A stretch of DNA of 63,634 nt, the filler included, from an uncultured Methanosarcinales archaeon (GTDB lineage: Archaea; Nanobdellota; Nanobdellia; Woesearchaeales; JAGLXL01), in the NCBI GenBank assembly GCA_964472345.1. It is 4 parts of 4 records of this genome, joined end to end, with 100 filler letters (N's around TTAATTAATTAA, not from the genome) between each part and the next. Parts side by side here need not be neighbours in the genome. Positions count along the whole stretch, not along the records: positions 1 to 16,431 come from CAYYLB010000023.1; 3 more parts are not named here. One strand, written 5' to 3'. The notes beneath the pieces are model-generated. The model saw nothing but the letters and a program-made list of their open reading frames with translations. It was not told the DNA's origin and ran no database searches. How positions within the stretch are numbered: the first letter of the stretch is position 1; the number at the start of each line of letters is the position of its first letter. The position numbers and the translations under genes were made by a program. Shown one piece after another: positions 1-8,441 of the stretch.

Positions 1-157
1 ACAGAGAATTAACATTTCTTTTTCCCATCTTATAGCAAATTGCAAAAATTTACAAGCTTTTTACTTGCAATTTGCTATTATCCCGAATTGTAGGATAGTC
101 TAACCCATGAGACTCAATTTCGCTGTCGCAAAACCTGTCTCCGTTCCTCGCCCTGTC

Positions 158-583
158 TCATGAGTCTTCATTCATCATCCTCTCCTTAAGGATGCTCGAC
201 TTGTACCTCTCCGGTTTGAACGGCCTCATGCGCAGGATCCGGACCTGTCCAAGACCCCGCTCGCGCAGCGCCTGCCGCAATGCGTGCTCATCAACGGCCT
301 GGTCATAGCCAAGACAGATGGCATCGGGCATAATCTGCTCCACGATTGCCAGCTTGTCCCCCGCATTTCCCAGCACCGCTTCATCAACAAGCTCAACCCG
401 CTGCACCGCACGCAGCCGCTCGCGCTCATCATGCAGCGGCTTCCTTCCGCGCTCCCGCTCGACCGTTGCGTCGCGCGCAACAACCACAATGAGCTCATCA
501 CCCTGGCGTTTTGCCTGCGCAAGATAGGCAAGATGCCCCGCATGCAGCACGTCGAATGTGCCCATGGCCATCACTTTTTTCAT
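158..583 (-). CDS. ribL: archaeal FAD synthetase (cytidylyltransferase fold)
   Basis: GTFDVLHAGH (HxGH) motif, ICLGYDQ, terminal KSS; last gene of the riboflavin cluster. Confidence 0.9.
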   Translation of the reverse strand: MKKVMAMGTFDVLHAGHLAYLAQAKRQGDELIVVVARDATVERERGRKPLHDERERLRAVQRVELVDEAVLGNAGDKLAIVEQIMPDAICLGYDQAVDEHALRQALRERGLGQVRILRMRPFKPERYKSSILKERMMNEDS

Positions 584-1803
584 AAGAACAGCAGCTTCTC
601 TTTCACATCAAGCACATGCCCCATCTTGAGCCGCTTTGTTTCAAGATACTGGATGTTGTGCTGCGTCGGCATGCTCTCGAGGGGGACGCGCTCTGTGACC
701 GTAATTCCGAGTGCGGCGAGCGCCTCTGCCTTGTGCGGATTATTGCTCATAAGCTTAACGGAGCGCACCCCCAATGCGCGCAGGATCTGGGCCGCGACCC
801 AGTACTCACGCGCGTCAGCAGCAAACCCCAGCGCCATGTTCGCCTCAACCGTGTCAAGTCCTTCATCCTGAAGCTGGTACGCCCTCATCTTGTTCAGCAG
901 GCCGACGCCTCGTCCTTCCTGCTGCAGATAGATAAGGGTGCCCGCACCAGCTTTCTCAATGGCGCACAGCGCAGTCTGCAGCTGCTCGTCACAGTCGCAG
1001 CGCAAAGAGCCGAACGCCTCGCCGGTGAAGCAGGCGGAATGGACACGGACAAGCACGCTCTCCCCAGCGACATCGCCCTTGACAAGCGCGTATTCCTCGT
1101 TTCCGGTGAGGGTGTTCGTATAGGCATGCAGCGTAAACTGGCCGTGGACGCTCGGCAGATTAGCCGCGGCAGCGTGCATCAGCAGCAGCTCATGCCGCAC
1201 CCGATGGCGGACGATGTCTGCGATGCTCACAAGGGCAAGATGGTGCTTTTCGGCGAACGCGGCGAGATCAGCGCCATGCGCCGCCGTCCCGTCTCCGTTC
1301 AGCACCTCACAGATGACACCTGCAGGAGCCAGGCCTGCGAGGCGCGCAAGATCAGCAGCAGCCTCCGTGTGGCCGCGCCGTGTTAAAACGCCGCCCGTGC
1401 GCGCAATGAGCGGAAACACATGCCCTGGCCTTCGGAAGTCGCTTGGCTGCGCAGCCGATTGCATCGCCTTCCGGATCGTCGTGGCGCGGTCCTGTGCGGA
1501 GATGCCGGTGGTTATCCCTTGCAGCGCGTCAATGCTCACGCCGAAGCGGCACCGCTCCCGCTCCCTGTTCTGCTCGTCAGCGACCATCGGGACGATGCCC
1601 AGCGCCGCAGCACGATCTTCCGTCAGGGGCATGCACACGATGCCGCGGCCATGCGTCACCATGAAATTGATGTGCTCCGGCGTCACCCGCTCCGCCGCCG
1701 CGAACAGGTCGCCTTCATTCTCCCGCTCCGCATCATCGAGGATGAGGAGCATCCGGCCTGCACGGATCTCTTCCAGCGCGTCCTCGATCTGCGTCGTTTT
1801 CAT
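580..1803 (-). CDS. ribBA: bifunctional DHBP synthase / GTP cyclohydrolase II
   Basis: DDAERENEGD and RRGHTEAA (DHBPS); RVHSACFTGEAFGSLRCDC and QEGRGVGL (GCH II). Confidence 0.97.
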   Translation of the reverse strand: MKTTQIEDALEEIRAGRMLLILDDAERENEGDLFAAAERVTPEHINFMVTHGRGIVCMPLTEDRAAALGIVPMVADEQNRERERCRFGVSIDALQGITTGISAQDRATTIRKAMQSAAQPSDFRRPGHVFPLIARTGGVLTRRGHTEAAADLARLAGLAPAGVICEVLNGDGTAAHGADLAAFAEKHHLALVSIADIVRHRVRHELLLMHAAAANLPSVHGQFTLHAYTNTLTGNEEYALVKGDVAGESVLVRVHSACFTGEAFGSLRCDCDEQLQTALCAIEKAGAGTLIYLQQEGRGVGLLNKMRAYQLQDEGLDTVEANMALGFAADAREYWVAAQILRALGVRSVKLMSNNPHKAEALAALGITVTERVPLESMPTQHNIQYLETKRLKMGHVLDVKEKLLFL

Positions 1804-2861
1804 GGATAGCCCTCGACCAGCACGTCCTCCCCTGCCGGAGAGGCAGTAAGCTCTTTCGGCATTAAAACCTTTCCGTCGAGCAGCTCAAAAAACCCTTTCC
1901 CATCCTGCCGCGGGAACGGCGCGATGAAGAACACAAATTTCCTGACAAGCCTCCCGTTGAGGAATGACGCGATCACCGCCGCTCCTCCTTCGACCAGGAC
2001 GCTCGTGATGCCGAGTTTCCCAAGCTCCTCAAGCACCGCGCCAGGCTCAACTCCTTTCCGTCCTGCCGCCACTGCAATGACCTCGCATCGCTTTTCCAGC
2101 TTCATTCTCTTTTCGCGGTCATGAGCGCCGGTGCAAAAAACAATCGTTTTCCCTTCCTCGTTCAGCAGCCGTGCGCCGGGAGGGATGCGCAGCCGCGAAT
2201 CAAGCACTACCCGCAGAGGATTCCTTCCTTTAACCAGTCTGCACGTCAGCTGCGGATCATCCTTCAGCACCGTTCCTATGCCGACCAGCACCGCATCATG
2301 CTGCCTCCGCATCAGGTGCGCGAGCCGCTGCGCCTCCTCGCCGCTGATCTTCTTGTGCTTCCCATCACCCCAGCTCATCTTGCCGTCAAGTGTCATTGCT
2401 GCCTTCACCGTCACAAACGGCCGCTTTGTTGCAATCCAGTGGAAGAAGAACTCGTGCGCTTTCTTCGCCTCCGCTTCCAGCACCCCTTCAACAGCATCAA
2501 TGCCTGCTCTTTTCAGCGCGGCGATGCCCTTGCCGTTCACTGCGGGATTCCGGTCGCGCGTCCCTATCACCACCCGCCTGACTCCTGCTTTGATGATTGC
2601 ATCAACGCACGGCGGCGTCCGCTTGTCCGCGTGGCAGCAGGGCTCCAGCGTCACGTACAGCGTTGCGCCACGCGCTTTCTCACCCGCTCCGCGCAGCGCC
2701 TCGAGCTCCGCATGGCTGCCGCCGGGGGGCTGCGTCACGCCTTCCGCGATTATTTTTCCGTCACGAACAATCACGGCTCCCACGGAGGGATTCGGGCTCA
2801 CGTTGCCAAGCTGAGAATACGCCAGTGCCAATGCAGGGCGCATAAAGAGTTCATGGTTCAT
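1800..2861 (-). CDS. ribD: bifunctional pyrimidine deaminase/reductase RibD
   Basis: PNPSVGAVIV, HAE, TLEPCCH...PPC, AMTLDGK, VLVEGG; start moved to the ATG at 2861. Confidence 0.95.
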   Translation of the reverse strand: MNHELFMRPALALAYSQLGNVSPNPSVGAVIVRDGKIIAEGVTQPPGGSHAELEALRGAGEKARGATLYVTLEPCCHADKRTPPCVDAIIKAGVRRVVIGTRDRNPAVNGKGIAALKRAGIDAVEGVLEAEAKKAHEFFFHWIATKRPFVTVKAAMTLDGKMSWGDGKHKKISGEEAQRLAHLMRRQHDAVLVGIGTVLKDDPQLTCRLVKGRNPLRVVLDSRLRIPPGARLLNEEGKTIVFCTGAHDREKRMKLEKRCEVIAVAAGRKGVEPGAVLEELGKLGITSVLVEGGAAVIASFLNGRLVRKFVFFIAPFPRQDGKGFFELLDGKVLMPKELTASPAGEDVLVEGYP

Positions 2862-2911
2862 ATGATAAACCCGCGCAAAGCTATTTAAATACCTATGCAA
2901 ATATGCTCCGT

Positions 2912-3103
2912 ATGGCATTATTATTCAAGCATAGGGAGAAAGACTTGGAAAAGCTGAAACAGGATGTAGCAGTTATCAAGCATATCCTGTCTGAAGAAGG
3001 TAAGTTAAACGCCCATGCGCAACAGGCATTGGAAGAAGCACGCAAAACCCACGACTCACAGTATATCCCACATCACGAGCTAAAAAAGCGCATTCTCCGA
3101 TGA
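2912..3103 (+). CDS. putative antitoxin of RelE toxin
   Basis: Small ORF overlapping the relE start (ATGA), with a YIPHHELKK C-terminal motif; TTTAAATA box upstream. Confidence 0.65.
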   Translation: MALLFKHREKDLEKLKQDVAVIKHILSEEGKLNAHAQQALEEARKTHDSQYIPHHELKKRILR

Positions 3104-3345
3104 CCTGGGAGATCTCTTGGCATCCGAAAGCAGCAAAATTTGTTGAGAAGCTTCCACGATTGACGGCCGAACGTATTCTTTCTAAGTTTGATGAAGTCAT
3201 TCTTGACCCATTCAAGTATCTTGAGCATTTTGAGGGCGATTATTACAAGTTACGGATTGGAGACTATCGCGCGCTCATTGATATAAGCTTTGAAAATAAA
3301 ATCCTGAAAGTTCGCGTATTCGATAAGAGAGGAAGAATATACTAA
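3100..3345 (+). CDS. relE: RelE/ParE family toxin
   Basis: 81 aa; WEISWHPKAAKFVEKL, YKLRIGDYRALI, KRGRIY. Confidence 0.9.
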   Translation: MTWEISWHPKAAKFVEKLPRLTAERILSKFDEVILDPFKYLEHFEGDYYKLRIGDYRALIDISFENKILKVRVFDKRGRIY

Positions 3346-3410
3346 CCTATCCTTCTCACAATTCCTTTCGTTGCGTCAACCTCTACCAAGTCCCTGTCTT
3401 TAAACTCTTT
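3342..3410 (-). pseudogene. 3' remnant of a PEP-utilising mobile (swivel) domain gene
   Basis: Translates KEFKDRDLVEVDATKGIVRRIG*, matching the C-termini of the three full paralogs (e.g. [20 protein letters not shown]); no start codon. Confidence 0.8.
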
Positions 3411-4466
3411 TTAAAACAACGGGCCTTTGAGTGCTTTTTGTATGTTTACCGGCGGCACCTTCGCCAGACCATCCTCCTGCGCGTCCACAAGAGCAAATAT
3501 CTCATCAAGGTGCGTAAAGTTTTCTGTCACAATCCTTCGCGAAACAGAAGAAATGCTCTTCTTCACCCGCTCATGGAGAAACGGCACGCGAGCCTCTCCG
3601 AACGCCCGCCCCCAGAGAACCGGTCCGAAATGAGGGATAATGGCGGAGAGCGACACGTCCGGAATCGCCGACGCTTTCTCGTATGCTTCCCAGCCGCCCA
3701 TTATTGCACCTAAGTACGCCCTGCGATCCCTGAAATTGATCAACGCAGAAAGCAGGTAATGGGCAAGGAGGTTGCTGACGTCAAATGCCGGGTCACCGTA
3801 GTGCGCCAGCTCATAGTCGATGAGCATGAACGTGGCATTAAAGATGAGGATGTTCTTGGGGTTGGTGTCGCCGTGGACGAGCGCGATCCTTCGGCTGAGC
3901 GTTTCACTGATAATGTGATCAAGTGCGGAGCGGACAGTCGCTCGCGTTTCTGCGCCCCTCATCGCCTCGGAGTACAAGCCGATTTTGAGCTTCTCGAATG
4001 CTGTCCGATCACTGAATTCACGCTCAAGGGCCTTCCGGACGAATCGACTCCGGCCGTCGAGACGATCGACCTGGGCCCCTTCGGGCTTCCCCTCGTCGTC
4101 GACGTTCCCCCGCAAGAGATCGGCGGTGAGCAGGCGCGCCCCTTCCGGCGCAGAGCGGAACACCAGGATGCTGTTCTCTTTATCGTAAAGAATGGGGACG
4201 GGGACGCTCCTCGAGCCGCTCAGGAGGCGAAATCTCCTTATGGCCTTGTACTCAGTTTGTGTCCGGCGGGGATTGAGGGAGATGTGCGGAAAACGAGGCA
4301 GCTTCCCAAGCGATTGGCGCACGATAAGCGTCTGCGACGCGGTCTTCACGCGGAAGATGCGGTTGACGTTGCTCGGAATCGAGCTGATGCGGATCCCTTC
4401 TTCATGGGTGATAAGCGCATTGGAGCGAAGGTACGCCCCGATGCCGTCTTCAGTGAGCGCTTTCAT
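3411..4466 (-). CDS. APH/choline/methylthioribose kinase-like phosphotransferase
   Basis: NVNRIFRV, LVHGDTNPKNIL, LIDYELAHYGDPAFD. Confidence 0.8.
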   Translation of the reverse strand: MKALTEDGIGAYLRSNALITHEEGIRISSIPSNVNRIFRVKTASQTLIVRQSLGKLPRFPHISLNPRRTQTEYKAIRRFRLLSGSRSVPVPILYDKENSILVFRSAPEGARLLTADLLRGNVDDEGKPEGAQVDRLDGRSRFVRKALEREFSDRTAFEKLKIGLYSEAMRGAETRATVRSALDHIISETLSRRIALVHGDTNPKNILIFNATFMLIDYELAHYGDPAFDVSNLLAHYLLSALINFRDRRAYLGAIMGGWEAYEKASAIPDVSLSAIIPHFGPVLWGRAFGEARVPFLHERVKKSISSVSRRIVTENFTHLDEIFALVDAQEDGLAKVPPVNIQKALKGPLF

Positions 4467-4534
4467 TCTTTTTGCGCACGGAGCGCCTGCGTCGTTTTTA
4501 CCATTCCAACGCGCACCTTGGGCGCATCAGCAGC
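4463..4534 (-). pseudogene. degenerate 3' remnant of ribH
   Basis: Translates AADAPKVRVGMVKTTQALRAQKE* versus the ribH end AADATKACVELVKRLRER*; its TGA overlaps the kinase ATG. Confidence 0.6.
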
Positions 4535-4544
4535 CATCGCGTCG

Positions 4545-5024
4545 TCACACGACCTTCACCTTGAAGTACTTTTTGTAATAGCCGCGGTCGCGCGTCGCGA
4601 GGTACTCTGCGTGGTTCTGCGCATGAGCGCCAATCAGGAAATCGGTGACGATGTGGTTTCTCCAGGAAAGTTTTGAGCCGCACCCCCTGCAGGAGAATGC
4701 CTGCTCCTTGCTGCAGCGCGGGCAGCGTATGCCTCGATCATTCCTGAATGCTGCCCACGCTTCTGCGGCAAGCGCAAGATCGCGCTCATCGAAGTTTATC
4801 ACGCGAACACCCATGTCACGGAGAAACTCGTTCAATTTTGAAACCGCGATGCTGGTTTCGTGCTTGCGCAAAAAGAAAACAAGCAGCTCAGTGTACACCA
4901 CAGGGGAGATGATAAGTGCTCCCTCAGCCGCGTGCTTTTCGAGGAGTTCTCCGCTCAGACCGCCAAACCGCGGATCGTTGCCAAGCACATCGAGAAGGAT
5001 GTTGGTGTCAACGGCCGTTATCAT
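4545..5024 (-). CDS. vapC: PIN-domain (VapC) toxin with zinc-ribbon insertion
   Basis: VDTNILLD, VYTELL, DFLIGAHA, LATRD; CPRC and CRGC insert. Confidence 0.88.
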   Translation of the reverse strand: MITAVDTNILLDVLGNDPRFGGLSGELLEKHAAEGALIISPVVYTELLVFFLRKHETSIAVSKLNEFLRDMGVRVINFDERDLALAAEAWAAFRNDRGIRCPRCSKEQAFSCRGCGSKLSWRNHIVTDFLIGAHAQNHAEYLATRDRGYYKKYFKVKVV

Positions 5025-5227
5025 CGGAGCTCTGCCATGACCTCATCCGTCTTAAGCCTTCCAAGATAGCCCACCCATTTATCAAGGGGCAGTTTCTTCT
5101 TTTTCTTGTGCAGAACGACCGTGCTGTTGTTAACCCCGAACTCCACCTCATCACCGGGCCCGACCCCCAGCGCTTCACGTATCTGTTTGGGGATGGTGAC
5201 CTGGCTTTTTTGGGTGAGCGTTGGCAT
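5021..5227 (-). CDS. AbrB/MazE family antitoxin
   Basis: LTQKSQVTIPKQIREALGVGPGDEVEF; overlaps the vapC start. Confidence 0.88.
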   Translation of the reverse strand: MPTLTQKSQVTIPKQIREALGVGPGDEVEFGVNNSTVVLHKKKKKLPLDKWVGYLGRLKTDEVMAELR

Positions 5228-5228
5228 G

Positions 5229-5263
5229 GTAATACTTTTAAGTAATACGTAATACTTTATAAA
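5229..5263 (-). promoter_or_regulatory. TATA box plus three GTAATAC direct repeats (putative AbrB operator)
   Basis: gtaatac occurs three times between TTTATAAA and the abrB start. Confidence 0.55.
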
Positions 5264-5274
5264 TCTTCCTCTTC

Positions 5275-5688
5275 TCAGCGCTCCCGCAGCCGCTTCACGA
5301 GCTCCACGCACGCCTTCGTCGCATCTGCCGCTCTCCCGATCCGCGCAATTGCCTGCTCCATCGTCATCCGCGGGCCGTTCACCCCAAGCACGACAGGCTT
5401 CCCAAATTCCAGCGACAGCTCCGTGAGCGCTTTTGCGACCGCGTGGGCGATTACCTCGTCGTGGGCTGTTTCGCCCTGCACAACCGCCCCGAGCGTCACG
5501 ACGCCGTCGATGTCCTTGCGCTGCAGCAGCCTCTTCGCCGCAAGCGGAATGTCGAAGCTCCCAGGCACTTTCACAACATCAGCAAGAGCACCGGCATCCT
5601 TTGCTGCCAAAAGCGCCACGTCCAGCATCTTGCCCGTCACCTTTTCCCAATAGTATTCCGATACGACGATGCCGAGTTTCATTTTCAT
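5275..5688 (-). CDS. ribH: 6,7-dimethyl-8-ribityllumazine synthase
   Basis: VPGSFDIPLA, GVVTLGAVVQGETAHD, KPVVLGV. Confidence 0.95.
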   Translation of the reverse strand: MKMKLGIVVSEYYWEKVTGKMLDVALLAAKDAGALADVVKVPGSFDIPLAAKRLLQRKDIDGVVTLGAVVQGETAHDEVIAHAVAKALTELSLEFGKPVVLGVNGPRMTMEQAIARIGRAADATKACVELVKRLRER

Positions 5689-6104
5689 CACTTGAGTATT
5701 AATCTTATAAATTCTTCTGCGTTTAGTGTCGTAAAGTCAGTCCGCATCTCTTTTAAGAAATCCCTGTTTTCTGTGACTAAGCAGTCTGCTTTAATCCACT
5801 CAGCAAATGCGGCAATGACTCCGTCCCCTTCTTTTGCGCCTCTTTTATGGTATTTCTCAATCAGCTCGTGGGGGATAAGCTCATCGGCAATTATTTCAAG
5901 GTTTAATGATTTTATGGTATGGGCTGCAAAAGCCGCAAAATCCTTGCCTTCAAGGCTCTTTAACCGTTCAAAAACCTCGTAAAAAACCATTCGGGGAATA
6001 AAACAGTTAAACCGCATTCCAGCAAATTTTAAAATTTCCGCAAAAACTTCCTTGTCGCTTCGCAGCGCAAAGATAAAGATATTGGAATCAAGAACGGCGC
6101 GCAT
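5688..6104 (-). CDS. PIN-domain toxin
   Basis: VLDSNIFI, VFYEV, GDGVIAA, LVTENRDF. Confidence 0.85.
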   Translation of the reverse strand: MRAVLDSNIFIFALRSDKEVFAEILKFAGMRFNCFIPRMVFYEVFERLKSLEGKDFAAFAAHTIKSLNLEIIADELIPHELIEKYHKRGAKEGDGVIAAFAEWIKADCLVTENRDFLKEMRTDFTTLNAEEFIRLILK

Positions 6105-6363
6105 GGTACACTCTTTCTCTGGCCTTTTTAAGTTCCCTTAACTCTTTTTCAGGCTCAAACAGCTCTTTTCGTTTCTGCATTCGCTGGCGTGCCATCTTTC
6201 TCAACAGGTCGATTTTTGCCGCGTGGGGGAGGAGGTCATGTCGCGACAAAAGCCGAACAATCGATGAACGGACAAACTCCCCTGTAGAACGGTACTCTTT
6301 TTGTGCAAGCCGCGCCATTCTCTTTTCAAGCTCTTTTGGCACGCTCACATTAACCAGCTTCAT
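6088..6363 (-). CDS. ribbon-helix-helix antitoxin
   Basis: MKLVNVSVPKELEKRM...YRSTGEFVRSSI; overlaps the PIN gene. Confidence 0.75.
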   Translation of the reverse strand: MKLVNVSVPKELEKRMARLAQKEYRSTGEFVRSSIVRLLSRHDLLPHAAKIDLLRKMARQRMQKRKELFEPEKELRELKKARERVYHARRS

Positions 6364-6514
6364 GCGACTCCCCCAGATTATGCCTGATAGCTTCCCTGAT
6401 AGCTTCATTCCTATTCCCATAGATGCCTGCTTTAATCAGAAGATCGAGGTCGTTGAGGAGCTCTTCGGGAATTTTCACTTTGATGGTTGACAGGCGGTTT
6501 TTTAATGTAACCAT
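6350..6514 (-). CDS. small CopG/RHH regulator (54 aa, not in the ORF track)
   Basis: Manual translation: MVTLKNRLSTIKVKIPEELLNDLDLLIKAGIYGNRNEAIREAIRHNLGESHEAG*. Confidence 0.8.
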   Translation of the reverse strand: MVTLKNRLSTIKVKIPEELLNDLDLLIKAGIYGNRNEAIREAIRHNLGESHEAG

Positions 6515-6582
6515 AGATATACCAGAAGTATACCTTCTATTTAAGTGTTATGGTGATAATTCCGAAACGACAATGCTGAGTT

Positions 6583-7068
6583 TCATTCCAGTTGTTCCAT
6601 CATATGAAGCACGTACCTCCAAAGTGCCCCACCAAGCCAGCCCCTAGTGCGGAGTATTGCTTGCATATCGATGAGAAGATCCTCTTTTTTAATGTTCCCA
6701 TTTTTGTACAATAAGAAAAGAAGAGAGAAGCTCGGTCTTGTCCGCAACCGTAATCGCTCATAAGCGACACGTGCCGCATGGACATCATCGGTAAGAGCAG
6801 GCAGCTTCTCTTCCTTTGCGAGCATAAAGACCTCAGTCTCCGCCAATGCAAGGCCGAGAGCGATGCAAGTCCTTGGCTTCCTTACACGAAACTTTCTTTT
6901 TAAGAGCTCTTTCGCTTTCATTCCTAAGAGATCATCATAGTGAGCGAACGATTCAAGCTCTTTTAAAACGGAATCGGTAATAATGAACGTATGCTCATCA
7001 AATACCATGCGGGAATGCCGCGAGCACGCAAGAGAAAGCAGTGCGCCCGTGTCAGCCACCAATCTCAT
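6583..7068 (-). CDS. PIN-domain protein
   Basis: LVADTGALL, VLKELE, ETEV, ALTDD. Confidence 0.75.
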   Translation of the reverse strand: MRLVADTGALLSLACSRHSRMVFDEHTFIITDSVLKELESFAHYDDLLGMKAKELLKRKFRVRKPRTCIALGLALAETEVFMLAKEEKLPALTDDVHAARVAYERLRLRTRPSFSLLFLLYKNGNIKKEDLLIDMQAILRTRGWLGGALWRYVLHMMEQLE

Positions 7069-7342
7069 GCATGATCTCCTCTACCCAGCGCTTGCCAAAG
7101 GTGAGATCGTTGATCTCTTCTTCACTGAGAACATTCTTCAGCTTCGTTTCAGAAATCTCTCCTTTGAGCCAGAGCTCAGCAGCCAGCTTCTTTAGTTTTT
7201 CTTTCTCTTCTTTCTCTTTCAGCAGTTTCTGGACTGCTTCTTTGATGAGTTCGGTGCGGGTCTTATACTCCCGCTCAGCCTCTTCATCGATTTTCCGGAT
7301 GAGTTCCGGTTCGATCCTCATCGAAAATTGTGTCGCATGCAT
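7052..7342 (-). CDS. RHH/CopG antitoxin
   Basis: QFSMRIEPELIRKIDEEAEREYKTRTELIKEAV; palindrome aacccattgtatatacattgggtt immediately upstream. Confidence 0.8.
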   Translation of the reverse strand: MHATQFSMRIEPELIRKIDEEAEREYKTRTELIKEAVQKLLKEKEEKEKLKKLAAELWLKGEISETKLKNVLSEEEINDLTFGKRWVEEIMHEIGG

Positions 7343-7495
7343 AACCCATTGTATATACATTGGGTTTATAAAACTTCCGCAGAATGAAGCTTCTTCACAA
7401 CCCAGTCATAACTATCTGTCTTTCCCACCATCTATCTGCCCCACGCGCCGCCACGATGCCCAGTACCAACACTTCTTGGATGACATTGCTGGGGT

Positions 7496-7966
7496 TCATC
7501 CTAGCGCTCCCGCATCCCCTCCCCCTTGCCTCCTTCCTTTCCCCGCAAACGCCGCCAGCTCTTCTTTCCCCTTCAGCAGCGCCAGCGCGTTCAGCGCATG
7601 CTTCGCTGCCCTGTCGCAGGCAATTTCCCGCAGCCTCTTCTCATCGCCCGCTTCCCGCTCATGGACAAACACTTTCAGGATGTGGGTGTTCGTCATCAGC
7701 TCCGCAGTGATCAGCCCGGTATTCGCCTCATGCGCGCACGTTTCATCAATCTCCTCTTTCCCGACCCACCCAAATGCGAGCACGATCTCACACTGGTGCT
7801 CCTCGATCAGCTTCTTCGCTGCCACCGGCAGGTCTTTCATCCCCGGCACCGTGGAGCGCTCGATCTCAAGCTTATCATCACCGATGTTCGCGTTTCTGAG
7901 CGTTTCAATCGCGGCTGCAGCCATATCAACCCGCGCAAACGTCGTATCCGCTACACCAATTCGCAC
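7496..7966 (-). CDS. ribC: archaeal-type riboflavin synthase
   Basis: IGVADTTFARVDM, TVPGMKDLPVAAKKL, VFVHE, GKGRRQG. Confidence 0.95.
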   Translation of the reverse strand: MRIGVADTTFARVDMAAAAIETLRNANIGDDKLEIERSTVPGMKDLPVAAKKLIEEHQCEIVLAFGWVGKEEIDETCAHEANTGLITAELMTNTHILKVFVHEREAGDEKRLREIACDRAAKHALNALALLKGKEELAAFAGKGRRQGGGDAGALG

Positions 7967-8310
7967 ACAAACTCATCCCCGTCCTTCAGGCCAAGGCTCT
8001 CCCGCAGATCAACCGGCGCGACGATCTCAAGAATGTCCTTCCCGTGCCTCGTCTTCTGCGGAATGGTGATTGCACCATCATGTTCACCGTTGATCCGCAC
8101 GAGATAGCAGTCCACCGGAACCAGATCCGCTTCCTTTGGTGTAATTGTCAGCTTCTGGAACCCTTCAAAAACCGGCAGCTGCGCAACCTTCACATTGAGC
8201 GTCCCGGGATGGCACGTGAACCCGAGCGTCTCCTCGAAATACGGCAGGTACTTCTCCACGTACCACTTTCCCTCTCCGGCGCCCGAGACGACGGTGCCGC
8301 GTATTTCCAT
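7951..8310 (-). CDS. ribK: CTP-dependent riboflavin kinase
   Basis: GTVVSGAGEG, PGTLNV, LEIVAPVDLRESLGLKDGD. Confidence 0.92.
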   Translation of the reverse strand: MEIRGTVVSGAGEGKWYVEKYLPYFEETLGFTCHPGTLNVKVAQLPVFEGFQKLTITPKEADLVPVDCYLVRINGEHDGAITIPQKTRHGKDILEIVAPVDLRESLGLKDGDEFVCELV

Positions 8311-8441
8311 AGGTATATGCCGAACATGGGGGGTTATAAAGATTTCTTTCTTTGGGTGGCGCCGGGCGTTTGCTGGCATCGGATGGTTGCTGACTGGAGC
8401 AGGCGCCAAAAGGATAAATATCCCCTCGCTATCGAACCCCC

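Noticed and set aside
7419..7463. Possible 5' ribH remnant after ribC (LGIVAA...WWER versus LGIVVS..YWEK)
   Set aside because: Needs a gap and shares few residues; too weak to separate from chance.
8311..8441. Possible FMN riboswitch upstream of the rib cluster
   Set aside because: No RFN consensus seen, and the TATA box lies about 25 nt from the ribK start, leaving no room for a leader.
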